Assembly (NCBI GenBank): GCA_963708075.1
Contig: OY970194.1
Coordinates: 352,001-416,000, forward strand
Reading direction: 5' to 3'
DNA: 64,000 bases
DNA from: Sedimentisphaerales bacterium
Lineage (GTDB): Bacteria; Planctomycetota; Phycisphaerae; Sedimentisphaerales; Anaerobacaceae
Shown one piece after another: positions 21,687-31,459 of this stretch; positions within the stretch are counted from its first letter, which is position 1, and every line of letters starts with the position of its first letter. A program made the position numbers and the translations under genes. The notes below the pieces were generated by a model. That model had not been told where the DNA came from, searched no databases, and saw nothing but the letters and a program-made list of their open reading frames with translations.

Positions 21687-22166
21687 TCAGACGCGAAAGC
21701 CCGTAATGCTGGCCTCGAAAGCCAGGGTATTGGAGACGACCCCCTGGACATCGCATGCGTACCTTCTGCCTCGCCTGGCCTCCGTAATGTGGCCGAGCAG
21801 GTAGAGCCGGCATCCCGGCTCAATCGCGGACCGAAATTTCGCCCGCTCGATGCCGCCGAAGCCGACAAACCCGCTCTCATCGTATGCATGCTTGACAAAG
21901 AAGCTGAGCAGTTGAGCGGCCGCCTCGATCTGGATCACGCCCGGCATCAGCGGCCGGCCCGGAATGTGCCCGCGGACCCAAAACTCGTTCTCCGTGACGT
22001 CCTTATAGCCGAGCACGCACTCCTTGGCCCTGTCGTACCACAAGATGCCGTCGAGCTGCTGCATCTCGAATCGTTGCGGATTGATGCTGCAGATCGCGTC
22101 CTTATCAAAGACGGGCGGGCCGCTCAGATCGATGGATGATAGGTCAAATAGCAGAGACGGTGCCAT
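21687..22166 (-). CDS. fabZ: 3-hydroxyacyl-ACP dehydratase (FabZ/FabA family)
   Basis: NPQRFEMQQLD, EFWVRGHIPGRPLMPGVIQIEAAAQ. Confidence 0.85.
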   Translation of the reverse strand: MAPSLLFDLSSIDLSGPPVFDKDAICSINPQRFEMQQLDGILWYDRAKECVLGYKDVTENEFWVRGHIPGRPLMPGVIQIEAAAQLLSFFVKHAYDESGFVGFGGIERAKFRSAIEPGCRLYLLGHITEARRGRRYACDVQGVVSNTLAFEASITGFRV

Positions 22167-22288
22167 CGGTAACCTCAACTTCGAGGATAATAGACAAGAG
22201 GCAGAAGAACAGGGACGGAAACCCTGCCGTCGGTCGTTCTTCCATCCTTCGGGTTCAGCAGTGGCGACTTGTCGAGATCGCCTGTGGA

Positions 22289-22462
22289 CTACTCGGTGGA
22301 TCGAATCTCGAGAATCCGGTTGCGAACCGTCTGAGCAGCCTGCTTGATCTTCTGCATCTGCTTGCGGACGCGGGTCCCGGCGGCCTTATTTCCGCCCAGG
22401 GCCTTGTTGATGTCCGCCTCGATCTCCGCGACCAATCGTTTCAATTCTTCGTACTCTTGCAT
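22289..22462 (-). CDS. Histone H1-like (Hc1-type) small basic protein, 57 aa (absent from ORF track)
   Basis: Manual translation MQEYEELKRLVAEIEADINKALGGNKAAGTRVRKQMQKIKQAAQTVRNRILEIRSTE; GNKAAGTRxRK motif; GGAGGT RBS. Confidence 0.85.
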   Translation of the reverse strand: MQEYEELKRLVAEIEADINKALGGNKAAGTRVRKQMQKIKQAAQTVRNRILEIRSTE

Positions 22463-22563
22463 GTATGCAGACCTCCATATCTATGTCAGAATTGGGGCAA
22501 ATCTAACAGCCCACCCGCCATCTGTCAAAGGAAAATGGCAATTTTTGAGCAAAAAACGCATAC

Positions 22564-23040
22564 CTATGGGAACAGGCGTTTGGTCAGCTCGGCGACGCGC
22601 TGGCCCCTGCGTGTGCATTGCTGTTTGACCTTCTCGTCCGGCCGGCCGATGGAAATCGGGCCGTAATGGGCTCCTTGGGGATCGCCTTGAACCACCATGC
22701 CCGCGATCAGCATGGCCTCGACAATGCCGACCACGGTCGTCTCACTGCCGCCGCCGATATTGGCGGAACTGGAGAATGCCCCGCCGACCTTGCCGTTGAG
22801 CTGCCCGTGCCGACTGACCAGGTCATCGATCAATTGCTTCACCGGCGCTGCCATCTGCCCGTAGTAGCAGGGCGATCCGATGACCACGGCGTCATAGCTC
22901 GGCACGTCGTCCGGCTTGACCTTGTCCACCGGTTTGAGCTCCGTCTTGAGCCCGGCGTCGTTCATCGCCTTGGCGATTGTCTCGCCCATCTCCTTCGTAT
23001 TGCCGCTTCGCGAGTAGTAGATCACAATTCCCTTTGCCAT
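22564..23040 (-). CDS. Flavodoxin / WrbA-like NAD(P)H-dependent oxidoreductase
   Basis: YYSRSGNT, GSPCYYG, GKVGGAFSSS. Confidence 0.88.
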   Translation of the reverse strand: MAKGIVIYYSRSGNTKEMGETIAKAMNDAGLKTELKPVDKVKPDDVPSYDAVVIGSPCYYGQMAAPVKQLIDDLVSRHGQLNGKVGGAFSSSANIGGGSETTVVGIVEAMLIAGMVVQGDPQGAHYGPISIGRPDEKVKQQCTRRGQRVAELTKRLFP

Positions 23041-23301
23041 GTCCACTCCTTTCCACAGTTCCAAGGCCGGGCTGAATCCCCGATAGTTCTCTCACACACG
23101 CCGATCAAAAGCCGCAGATTCCGCCGCTCATCCTACCCGGCCAGGCTCCAACACGCAAAACCATTCCCGCCGTCGGCTGCTGCCTGCCATTGCCTTGATG
23201 CCCGGCGTCGCGTGTTTTCCTGTTCCCCCGCGAGGCTATTGCCTCATGCTGTTGCCCGCCCGCCGGTTGTATGCTGATACAGGTGGAAAGGAAGGTGCAA
23301 G

Positions 23302-23931
23302 ATGACAATGAGAGATGTAGGTCCCGCGCCTGTGCTGATGAACACGATCACCAGGGACTGGTTGATGGTTCTCGTGCGGGGAGTGGCCGCGATTGCCTTT
23401 GGCATCGTGTGCTTCGTCTGGCCGGCTATCAGCCTGCTGGCTCTGGTGCTGCTCTGGGGCGCTTACGCGCTCGTGGATGGCGCCGGCGCCATCGCCTGGG
23501 GCGTGCGCTCCCGCTGGTGGTCGATGGCGGTGGTCGGGGTCGTGAGCGTGCTGGCCGGGCTGATCGCCTTCGTCTGGCCTGGCATCACGGCGTTGGCGCT
23601 GCTGTACTTGATCGCAGCCTGGGCAATCGTGCGCGGCGCCATCGAGATCGTTGCTGCCATTCACCTGCGCCGGCGGATCGAGAACGAATGGCTTCTGGCG
23701 CTGGGCGGTATTGCCTCCATCGCTTTTGGCGTGCTGGTCGCAATGTTCCCTGCAGCCGGTGTGTTCTCGGTGCTCTGGCTGATCGGCGCGTTCGCCATCG
23801 TCTTCGGCGCCCTCGCTGTCGGTCTGTCGCTCCGCCTTCGCTCCCTGCAGCGAACGGCAAAGTTGCAGCACGAAGAGGTCCCCGTCGGCGCCGGTACCAG
23901 CACCCGAACGTGGGACAAGGACATACGATAA
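23302..23931 (+). CDS. HdeD / DUF308 membrane protein
   Basis: LVRGVAAIAFG, WPGITALAL, EIVAAIHLRRRIENEW. Confidence 0.88.
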   Translation: MTMRDVGPAPVLMNTITRDWLMVLVRGVAAIAFGIVCFVWPAISLLALVLLWGAYALVDGAGAIAWGVRSRWWSMAVVGVVSVLAGLIAFVWPGITALALLYLIAAWAIVRGAIEIVAAIHLRRRIENEWLLALGGIASIAFGVLVAMFPAAGVFSVLWLIGAFAIVFGALAVGLSLRLRSLQRTAKLQHEEVPVGAGTSTRTWDKDIR

Positions 23932-24091
23932 ACGAAGCGAGCCCATCAACGACCGCTAGATTTGCATGGCGAGTACAGAGGCTGTTCGCTGGTTCCCCAC
24001 GGGGCCACCCCAGAGGCGCCAGCGGCAGGGTGTGCTGTGCACGTCATTCCTCTGAACGCGCTGACCGACTACGACCAGGAAAGGAGAAGTC

Positions 24092-25117
24092 ATGAGCAAG
24101 ACAAAGAGCCGTTCCACGCGACAAGCCGCAGATCAAGCGGCTATGCCACAAACGAGGCAGAAGACTATGCGAGCCGTCGCGATCGACCGATTCGGAGGCC
24201 CTGAGACACTCACGGTGAAAACGCTCCCCGTGCCCGAGGTCGGGCCGGACGAGGTCCTGATTCAAGTCGAATCGGCGGACGTGGCCCAGTGGGACCCCTT
24301 CGAGCGCGAAGGGGGATTCGCTGAGATGCTTGGCATCGAGCCGAAGTTCCCGTACGTGCTCGGCTCCGATGGCGCGGGGACAGTCGTAGCTGTCGGTGAG
24401 CGCGTCCGCCGGTTCAACGAGGGCGACCGCGTTTATGCCATGAGTCTCGCCAACCCCAAGGGCGGGTTCTACGCCGAGTACGCGGCCGTCAAGGCGGACG
24501 ACACTTCGCTCATCCCCGACAACCTGACGACCGAGCAGGCGGGCGCCATGCCTTTCGACGCGATAACCGCCCTGCGAGGCTTGGACGACACGCTGGGTTT
24601 GAAACCGGGCGAGTCGCTGCTGATTTTCGGCGCCAGCGGCGGCATCGGGCACCTGGCCGTGCAGCTCGCCAAGCGGATGGGCGCCCGCGTGTTTGCGGTG
24701 GCTTCGGGAGATGACGGTGTCGAGCTGGCCAGACGGCTGGGCGCCGACGCTGTAGTGGACGGACACAAAGACGACATCGCGGCCGCCGCCCGTGAGTTCG
24801 CGCCCGATGGTCTCGATGCCGCATTGTTCACCGCCGGCGGCGAGGCGGCGAACAAGGCGATGGCGGCCGTGCGCGAGGGCGGGCGCGTCGCCTACCCCAA
24901 CGGTGTTGAGCCGGAACCGCAAGCCCCCTCCGGGGTGACCGTCCAAAGCTACGATGGCGAGCCCGACCCGCAGGCCATCGAGAGGCTCAACCGCCTGATC
25001 GAGTCAGGCCCGTTCGTGGTGCACATTGACCGCACGTTCCCGTTGGACCAGGCCGCCGACGCACACCGAGCCCTCGATACCCACTACCTCGGCAAGCTCG
25101 TGCTGCGGCCGAGCTGA
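24092..25117 (+). CDS. NADP-dependent oxidoreductase (MDR / quinone reductase family)
   Basis: FGGPETL, LGSDGAG, IFGASGGIGHLAVQLAK, GKLVL. Confidence 0.9.
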   Translation: MSKTKSRSTRQAADQAAMPQTRQKTMRAVAIDRFGGPETLTVKTLPVPEVGPDEVLIQVESADVAQWDPFEREGGFAEMLGIEPKFPYVLGSDGAGTVVAVGERVRRFNEGDRVYAMSLANPKGGFYAEYAAVKADDTSLIPDNLTTEQAGAMPFDAITALRGLDDTLGLKPGESLLIFGASGGIGHLAVQLAKRMGARVFAVASGDDGVELARRLGADAVVDGHKDDIAAAAREFAPDGLDAALFTAGGEAANKAMAAVREGGRVAYPNGVEPEPQAPSGVTVQSYDGEPDPQAIERLNRLIESGPFVVHIDRTFPLDQAADAHRALDTHYLGKLVLRPS

Positions 25118-25179
25118 ACGGCAGTGTCGATCAGAGATAAGTAAGAGACGTTGCGCAGCGCAAATCGAAAGGAAACGAT

Positions 25180-25683
25180 ATGCAAAAGATCACCCCGTGC
25201 TTGTGGTTCGATGACCAGGCCGAAGAGGCCGTCAATTTCTATGCTTCCATTTTCAACAATTCGAAGATCGGGACCATTACCCGTTACGGAGAAGCAGGGG
25301 CAGAAGCCTCCGGAAGACCCAAGGGCAGCGTGATGACTATTATATTCCAGCTCGAAGGGCAGGAATTCATGGCGCTGAACGGCGGCCCGGTGTTCACGTT
25401 CTCGCCGGCCATATCGCTTATGGTGAATTGCGAAACACAGGAAGAAGTGGACGAGCTCTGGGAGAAGCTCTCCGAGGGCGGAGCCATACAGCAATGCGGC
25501 TGGCTTCAAGACAAGTATGGTGTGTCGTGGCAGATCGTCCCCACTGTCCTGGGCGAGATGCTGCAGGATAAGGACGCTGAGAAATCGGAAAGAGTCATGA
25601 GGGCGATGCTGCCCATGACGAAGCTTGATATAAGGACTCTGGAGCAAGCGTATGAGCAGGAGCCGACGGTCTCCGCCGTATGA
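25180..25683 (+). CDS. VOC family protein (PhnB / 3-demethylubiquinone-9 3-methyltransferase-like)
   Basis: MQKITPCLWFDDQAEEA, LNGGP, CGWLQDKYGVSWQI. Confidence 0.92.
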   Translation: MQKITPCLWFDDQAEEAVNFYASIFNNSKIGTITRYGEAGAEASGRPKGSVMTIIFQLEGQEFMALNGGPVFTFSPAISLMVNCETQEEVDELWEKLSEGGAIQQCGWLQDKYGVSWQIVPTVLGEMLQDKDAEKSERVMRAMLPMTKLDIRTLEQAYEQEPTVSAV

Positions 25684-25710
25684 ATCCCGTGAGTCGCAAG
25701 AGGTGACCAG

Positions 25711-26103
25711 ATGAATCCAGTCGTACATTTTGAAATGCCGGCCGAGGATCGAGGGCGCGTGGCGGCCTTTTATACAAAAGTCTTCGGCTGGCAGACGCAG
25801 CTATTGGGTCCGGAGATGGGAGACTACGTACTGGCTACGACCACCGAGTCCGGTCCGGATGGCCGTCCCAAGACACCGGGAGCGATCAATGGAGGATTCT
25901 TTCCAAAGTCGGATGAGAGGCCCGCACAATATCCATCGGTCGTCATTGCAGTCGACGATATCCAGGAGCACATGAAGAAAGTGAATAAAGCGGGTGGCAA
26001 GGTGCTCGGAGATCCCATGGAGATACCGGGCGTAGGATGGTACGTATCGTTCCTTGATACTGAAGGGAACAGGGTAAGCATGCTGCAGCCGTCTCGCTCC
26101 TAG
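25711..26103 (+). CDS. VOC / glyoxalase family protein
   Basis: VVHFEMPA, PGAINGG, FLDTEGNR. Confidence 0.9.
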   Translation: MNPVVHFEMPAEDRGRVAAFYTKVFGWQTQLLGPEMGDYVLATTTESGPDGRPKTPGAINGGFFPKSDERPAQYPSVVIAVDDIQEHMKKVNKAGGKVLGDPMEIPGVGWYVSFLDTEGNRVSMLQPSRS

Positions 26104-26184
26104 TGGGCTGTCTTATCTGTGTCAACCTCGGCTTCAAGGGCTTCTCCCTCCAAGGGAAGCCGCAACTGAGCAGGTGGATAGAAT

Positions 26185-26760
26185 ATGAGAAAGATAATCG
26201 CAGCTCTGCAAGTGTCGGTGGACGGTTTTATCGAGGGTCCCAACGGGGAATTAGATTGGGCGATGGCGGAGGATGAAGAGACGTGGCGAAATCTCTTTGA
26301 AATGCTCGCCCAGGTAGACACCTGTGTCCTGGGGCGCGTCATGTACCCCGCCTACGAACAGTACTGGCTTGGTCTCCTGGCCAACCCGGCCACGGGCTCG
26401 AAGAATGAAATCGCCTATGCACGTTTCGCCGATAAGACGCCTCATATCGTCCTCTCCAAAACCTTGACTCCAGACAAAGTGGCGTGGAAGACGACGCGGA
26501 TCGTTCGAGACGTGGAGGAAATCCGGAAGATGAAACAGCAGCCGGGCAAGGACATGTATGCGGTCGGCGGCGCCACCTTCGTTTCTAGTCTGATGAATCT
26601 GGGCTTGATCGACGAACTTCGTCTGATGGTCAATCCCCTCATCCTGGGCGGAGGAAAGGCGCTGTTCAGAGATGTGAAAGAGCGTCATACGCTGAAACTC
26701 CTGCAGGCAAAGCCGGCGAAATCGGGCAAGGTCAGCCTGATTTACAGCACGCGACCCTGA
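26185..26760 (+). CDS. Dihydrofolate reductase family (RibD C-terminal domain) protein
   Basis: SVDGFIEGP, LGRVMY, GGATFVSSL, LIDELRL, LGGGKALF. Confidence 0.9.
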   Translation: MRKIIAALQVSVDGFIEGPNGELDWAMAEDEETWRNLFEMLAQVDTCVLGRVMYPAYEQYWLGLLANPATGSKNEIAYARFADKTPHIVLSKTLTPDKVAWKTTRIVRDVEEIRKMKQQPGKDMYAVGGATFVSSLMNLGLIDELRLMVNPLILGGGKALFRDVKERHTLKLLQAKPAKSGKVSLIYSTRP

Positions 26761-26804
26761 GGGAGATGATGCGGCAGACACTCGTCGATTATGGGGGTGT
26801 TGTC

Positions 26805-27446
26805 ATGAGACTGATCGTTGGAGTCGTGCTCGCCGTCTGGTTCGTGGTTGTTTTTGTTCTCGGCGCCGTTGGGGCCTTTGCGAGACCGTCCGGGAGCCTG
26901 CCGATTCCGATTCTCGTCGGGGCCACAGTGCCGCTTGTTGTGTTTCTCGCCGCATATTGGAGTTCGGTCCGCTTTCGTGCCTTCGTTCTGGCTATCAATC
27001 TTCCCCTGGCGGCGGCGATCCAGGCGTGGAGGGCTGGCGGGCTCGGGTTTCTGGCCTTATATGCATATGGGGTGTTGCCGGGCATCTTCGCCTGGCCGGC
27101 GGGCTTGGGCGATATCGCGATCGGGGTTACGGCGCCGTGGATAATGCTCGCTCTCGTTCGTCGCCCCGGCTTTGCGGGGAGCCGGGTCTTCGTAGTCTGG
27201 AACTTGCTTGGCATCCTGGACCTCGTCATAGCGATTAGCACTGGCGCGCTGGGTTCCGCTCTCGCCTCTCGGGCTGCCGGCGAAGTGACAACAGGGCCGA
27301 TGGCACAGTTGCCGCTCGTGCTGATCCCGGCGTACCTCGTGCCATTGTTTGTCATGCTGCACCTGACCTCGCTCTTCCAGGCACGACGGCACGCATCGTC
27401 GGAGCATAAACGAAAGGAGGCGCCTGCGTTTGCAGAGATGCGTTGA
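26805..27446 (+). CDS. Hypothetical integral membrane protein
   Basis: ~6 TM segments; FAWPAGLGDIAIG, WNLLGILDL, LIPAYLVP. Confidence 0.75.
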   Translation: MRLIVGVVLAVWFVVVFVLGAVGAFARPSGSLPIPILVGATVPLVVFLAAYWSSVRFRAFVLAINLPLAAAIQAWRAGGLGFLALYAYGVLPGIFAWPAGLGDIAIGVTAPWIMLALVRRPGFAGSRVFVVWNLLGILDLVIAISTGALGSALASRAAGEVTTGPMAQLPLVLIPAYLVPLFVMLHLTSLFQARRHASSEHKRKEAPAFAEMR

Positions 27447-27506
27447 GGGTCTTGATCAGAGTAGGCCGACCACTCCAAACGATGCATAGAGAATATCGGT
27501 TACGAT

Positions 27507-27599
27507 GGGTGGCAGCGGCAAGCGGAGTCTTCGGAGCTTGCCGATGGCGTGCAGGCGTAAACACCAGCCATCGGCAAGCTGCGCTTGCCGCTGCCACCC
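27507..27599. repeat. REP-like doublet, GGGTGGCAGC family, copy 1
   Basis: GGGTGGCAGCGGCAAGC ... GCTTGCCGCTGCCACCC; second copy at 39688-39768. Confidence 0.8.
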
Positions 27600-27818
27600 A
27601 AGACGTGATGATGTGCCGCAAAAGACTCGTGCGTGATCGATATCACACCCGCGCTTCACATCCTGCGTGGAGTCACGAAACCGCTGTGCGCAAACCTTTG
27701 ATCTGTCGGCAGTTGGCGGGAGGGTGGGGAATGTCTACAGGTGGGGGCGGGGGTTTGCCGATAGAAAGAGCATGGCACTGTGGGTTACGGCGCTCGGGAA
27801 AATGCGGGCTCAATTCGC

Positions 27819-27847
27819 TTGACCTGAGGCCGGGGATTTGATATAGA
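27819..27847 (+). promoter_or_regulatory. Sigma70-like promoter of 6S RNA
   Basis: TTGACC-17 bp-TATAGA. Confidence 0.55.
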
Positions 27848-27850
27848 TTG

Positions 27851-28054
27851 GGTAGCAAGCTGACCCCTGCAGTGTTCGTGTGAAAGCGATAAGTTGAAGG
27901 AACCTTTACCCGTTATAAGGGAGATCAGGCCTTGCCGGATCGGGGACGCCTGCTTGTCAGGACCCCTGGACGCAAGCAACGATCACCCACCTGAAATAAT
28001 GGGTTCCCTTCACGAGCTTTCGTACGGCACAGGTGGAGGTCAAGTTGCAGTTAC
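27851..28054 (+). ncRNA. ssrS: 6S RNA
   Basis: ~200-nt rod: TGACC...GAAAGC pairs with GCTTTC...GGTCA, TGAAGGAACC with GGTTCCCTTCA; 6S-like GGGAG and CACCCACCTG...GGGTTC motifs; flanked by promoter and terminator. Confidence 0.85.
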
Positions 28055-28089
28055 AAAAAAGGCCTGTGTATAAAGCGCGGGCCTTTTTT
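28055..28089. terminator. Bidirectional rho-independent terminator
   Basis: AAAAAAGGCCTGTG-TATAAAG-CGCGGGCCTTTTTT. Confidence 0.85.
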
Positions 28090-28183
28090 GTTAGTTCTCA
28101 GTTGTCGGTTCTCAGTGCTCAGTAGTCCGGTGTCAGTGCCGGATTCAGGGCGGGACTCACGTAGGCATCGGGAGGTGGAGAGT

Positions 28184-29215
28184 ATGCATTTCAGCACTAC
28201 AAACCTCTTCGCAGGATTCGTTGTGTCGTTCGCGTTTGTGGGCGCCGGGCTATCGGCGCCGGAGGCGGGCAAGTCGCCGCTGGATGAGCTGCCGCCGTAC
28301 ATCAGGCAGGTTACGTATTTCGGCGAGCGGGCGGACTGGTCGCACGACGGCAAGCGATTGCTTTTTCTTGAAAAGACCTTCGGCGACGTGTACGAAGTAG
28401 AACTTGCGACCGGCATCGTCCGGCCGATAACGAATCACTACTTCCACGAGGGTTACACGCGTGCGCTCTACCTGAGCAACGGTGATATCCTGCTCTCCGG
28501 CTCGCGGACCTTCGATGCGAGCGATCCGTGGCCCAGCCGGGATGAGAAGAAGGCCGAACTCTGGGTGCTCAAGAAGGACCGTTCGGGCCCGCCCACGCCG
28601 CTGGGCGAGAAATGCTCCGAAGGGCCGGCCGTCTCGCGCAGGAATATGCGCATCGCCTGGACGCAGGGCGGGGCGTTCTACATGGCCAATGTTGTCTATG
28701 ACAACGGCACGCCGAAGCTGGCGAATAAGAAGAAGGTGCTCGACAAGAAGGACCTGCCGTTCAAGTGCGACGTGGAGACGCAAAACTTCCGGCCGCCTGA
28801 GGAGAAGGAGCTGACCTTCAGCGCCTACGGCTATCAGGGCACCGAGGTCATGGGGCTGGACCTCGAAACGGGCAAGGTGACCAACTACTCCAACGCGCCG
28901 GGCCAGTACGACGAGCCGGAGGGCATCTTCCCTGACGGCAGGCACACGCTCGTCGAATGCGACAAGCACGTCCTCAAGGGCAGCCAGTACGACGACATCT
29001 ACAAGCTGGCCTTGGATGGCTCAGGGAATACCGAGCGGCTCACACATTTCAACGATCATCGCGGCTACAAGGCCTCCAACCCGGCGGTCAGCGACGACGG
29101 CAGGTACATCGCCTTTCAGTTTGCCAGGGTTGGCGACCCCGCCGGCGTCGGCCGCGGCCTGCTCGTCCTCGACCTGGACGGCTACGAAAAAGCCAAAACC
29201 TCCACCAAGCCCTGA
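28184..29215 (+). CDS. Secreted TolB-like / PD40 beta-propeller protein
   Basis: Signal peptide; ADWSHDGKR, EGIFPDGR, NPAVSDDGRYIAF. Confidence 0.8.
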   Translation: MHFSTTNLFAGFVVSFAFVGAGLSAPEAGKSPLDELPPYIRQVTYFGERADWSHDGKRLLFLEKTFGDVYEVELATGIVRPITNHYFHEGYTRALYLSNGDILLSGSRTFDASDPWPSRDEKKAELWVLKKDRSGPPTPLGEKCSEGPAVSRRNMRIAWTQGGAFYMANVVYDNGTPKLANKKKVLDKKDLPFKCDVETQNFRPPEEKELTFSAYGYQGTEVMGLDLETGKVTNYSNAPGQYDEPEGIFPDGRHTLVECDKHVLKGSQYDDIYKLALDGSGNTERLTHFNDHRGYKASNPAVSDDGRYIAFQFARVGDPAGVGRGLLVLDLDGYEKAKTSTKP

Positions 29216-29345
29216 GAGAGCGCGTGCCGGAGATTTGGGCCGACACCTATTGACTGCGCACCCTGCTGGGACTAGACTGCCCTTCACGAATGAACTGGAA
29301 GGTGACATCTGGCTGACGGCATTTCCTCTTGGAGGGCTCATCACT

Positions 29346-30602
29346 ATGAATTCCAGCATCAAGATTCTCAATGGCTTAGTTTTGGCTGTGGTTTTGGGGT
29401 GCTGTCACCCCGATCTGTTGTGCGCGGCGGGGTCCGATCTGGACGAGGCAATCCGCAAGGTCCGCATGGGCACGCTGGTGATTGAGGCGTCGCCGGGTGC
29501 CGAGGTTCGCGTGGAGCAATTGCGCCATGAGTTCTGGTTCGGGGCGGCCCTTGCCAGCCAGATGTTTGGCGGGAGAACGAACTCCGAGGATGCGGCCCAG
29601 TACAAAAAGGTCTTCCTGGAGAATTTCAATGCCGCCGTGACGGAGAACGCCCTCAAGTGGCATGCCATGGAACCCCGACAGGGGCAAGTGGATTACTCCA
29701 TCGTCGATGCGATTCTCCAATGGACCGACCAGCACGATATTCCGCTCCGCGGTCACAACATTTTCTGGGGAATTCCCAACCGCGTTCAGCCCTGGCAGAA
29801 GACCATGGACGACGCCACTCTGCGCGAGACCCTCAAGGCACGCGCCCTGGATATTGGGCGTCGCTACCGGGGCCGCTTTGCCGAATACGACCTGAACAAC
29901 GAGATGCTCCACGCGAACTACTACGAGGAGCGTCTGGGCCCGGAGATCACGCGCGACATGGCCTCCTGGGTGCGGCAGGGCGACCCCAACGCGGTGCTCT
30001 TTCTCAACGACTATGACATCCTGACCGGCCGGCGTCTGGACGACTACATTGTTCATATCCGCCGGTTCCTGGATCAGGGTGTGCCGTTCGGTGGCATCGG
30101 CGTGCAGGGGCATCTCCACGGCGATTCATTTGACCCCGCCGCCTTGCAGAACGCGCTGGCCCGGCTGGCTGAGTTCAAGTTGCCCATCTGCATCACCGAG
30201 TTCAACTTCCCCGGCCAGCGGTCCCAGTACTACGGCAAGCGCGGGGCACGTCTGTCCGACGAGGAGGAGCAGGCCAAGGCGAAGGCCATAGTTGACTACT
30301 ATCGCATCTGCTTCGCGCAGCCGGCAGTGAAGGGCATTCTGATGTGGGGATTCTGGGAGGGGGCAAACTGGATTCCGGTATCCTCGCTGTACCGCCGGGA
30401 CTGGTCGCCAACGCCGGCGGCGGAGGCCTACCGCGACCTGGTGTTCAAGCAGTGGTGGACAACGTGGCGCGGGCAGACCGATGCCCAGGGCCGATGCGAG
30501 GTCCGCGTGTTCTACGGGCAGCACCGAATCACCGTCGGCGATAAGGAGATCGTCGTCAACCTGAAGCGGCCGGAACAGACGAAGCAGGTTTCCTTGCGAT
30601 AA
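29346..30602 (+). CDS. Glycoside hydrolase family 10 (endo-1,4-beta-xylanase)
   Basis: ENALKW, LRGHNIFW, YDLNNE, LFLNDY, GIGVQGH, ICITEF, WGFW. Confidence 0.92.
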   Translation: MNSSIKILNGLVLAVVLGCCHPDLLCAAGSDLDEAIRKVRMGTLVIEASPGAEVRVEQLRHEFWFGAALASQMFGGRTNSEDAAQYKKVFLENFNAAVTENALKWHAMEPRQGQVDYSIVDAILQWTDQHDIPLRGHNIFWGIPNRVQPWQKTMDDATLRETLKARALDIGRRYRGRFAEYDLNNEMLHANYYEERLGPEITRDMASWVRQGDPNAVLFLNDYDILTGRRLDDYIVHIRRFLDQGVPFGGIGVQGHLHGDSFDPAALQNALARLAEFKLPICITEFNFPGQRSQYYGKRGARLSDEEEQAKAKAIVDYYRICFAQPAVKGILMWGFWEGANWIPVSSLYRRDWSPTPAAEAYRDLVFKQWWTTWRGQTDAQGRCEVRVFYGQHRITVGDKEIVVNLKRPEQTKQVSLR

Positions 30603-30817
30603 GATCGTGCACAGCCTCATGCTCGCTCTGCTGCAATCTCGTCATATACCCTTCGCTCGATCCGCCTCAAATCGCAATTGCAATCTGCTCCCTCCACAGG
30701 TACAGTAACAGCGCCATGCGTGAGGCAATATAGGTCCTATTGGTCGAATGGGTCCCATACGGACGGTGAGTCCGCTTCACGCACAACGTAATAGGGTCGC
30801 TAATCGAGGTGCTGGAA

Positions 30818-31408
30818 ATGGCGGAGCCGAAACCGACTCGAGATGAGGCACTGAGCCTGCTGACGCAGTACAACGAGAACGAGGCGCTGATCAAGCATGC
30901 CCTGGCCGTGGAAGCCGTGATGCGCTATTGTGCTCGCAAGCGGGGGCAGGACGAGGAGCAGTGGGGCGTGATCGGACTGGTCCATGACCTGGATTACGAG
31001 CGGTTCCCCGAGCAGCACTGCCACAAGAGTGCAGAGATCCTTCGCGAGCATCAGTGGCCGGAGGAACACGTCCGGGCTGTTCTGTCCCACGGTTGGGGCA
31101 TCTGCACGGACGTGCAGCCGCAGACCGACCTGGAAAAGACCCTCTACGCGGTGGATGAACTCACAGGACTGGTCGCCGCCACGGCGATGGTTCGGCCGAG
31201 CCGAAGCGTCCTCGACATGGCGGCCAAGTCCGTGAAGAAGAAATGGAAAGAAAAATCCTTTGCCGCCGGTGTGAACCGCGAGGTGATCGAGAAAGGGGCG
31301 CAGATGCTTGGCATAGACGTCAGCGCCCTGATCGAGGACGCCATCATGGGGATGCGCGAGGTGGCGGACGCCATCGGCCTCAAAGGCCAGACCGGCAGCC
31401 CGGAGTGA
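30818..31408 (+). CDS. HDIG / HD-domain metal-dependent phosphohydrolase
   Basis: KHALAVEA, GLVHDLDYE, AVDELTGL, KSFAAGVNRE. Confidence 0.9.
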   Translation: MAEPKPTRDEALSLLTQYNENEALIKHALAVEAVMRYCARKRGQDEEQWGVIGLVHDLDYERFPEQHCHKSAEILREHQWPEEHVRAVLSHGWGICTDVQPQTDLEKTLYAVDELTGLVAATAMVRPSRSVLDMAAKSVKKKWKEKSFAAGVNREVIEKGAQMLGIDVSALIEDAIMGMREVADAIGLKGQTGSPE

Positions 31409-31459
31409 ACGCCATCGCGGCTACTGGAAGGACCCATAGAGCTTGGAGATAGCATTTCG

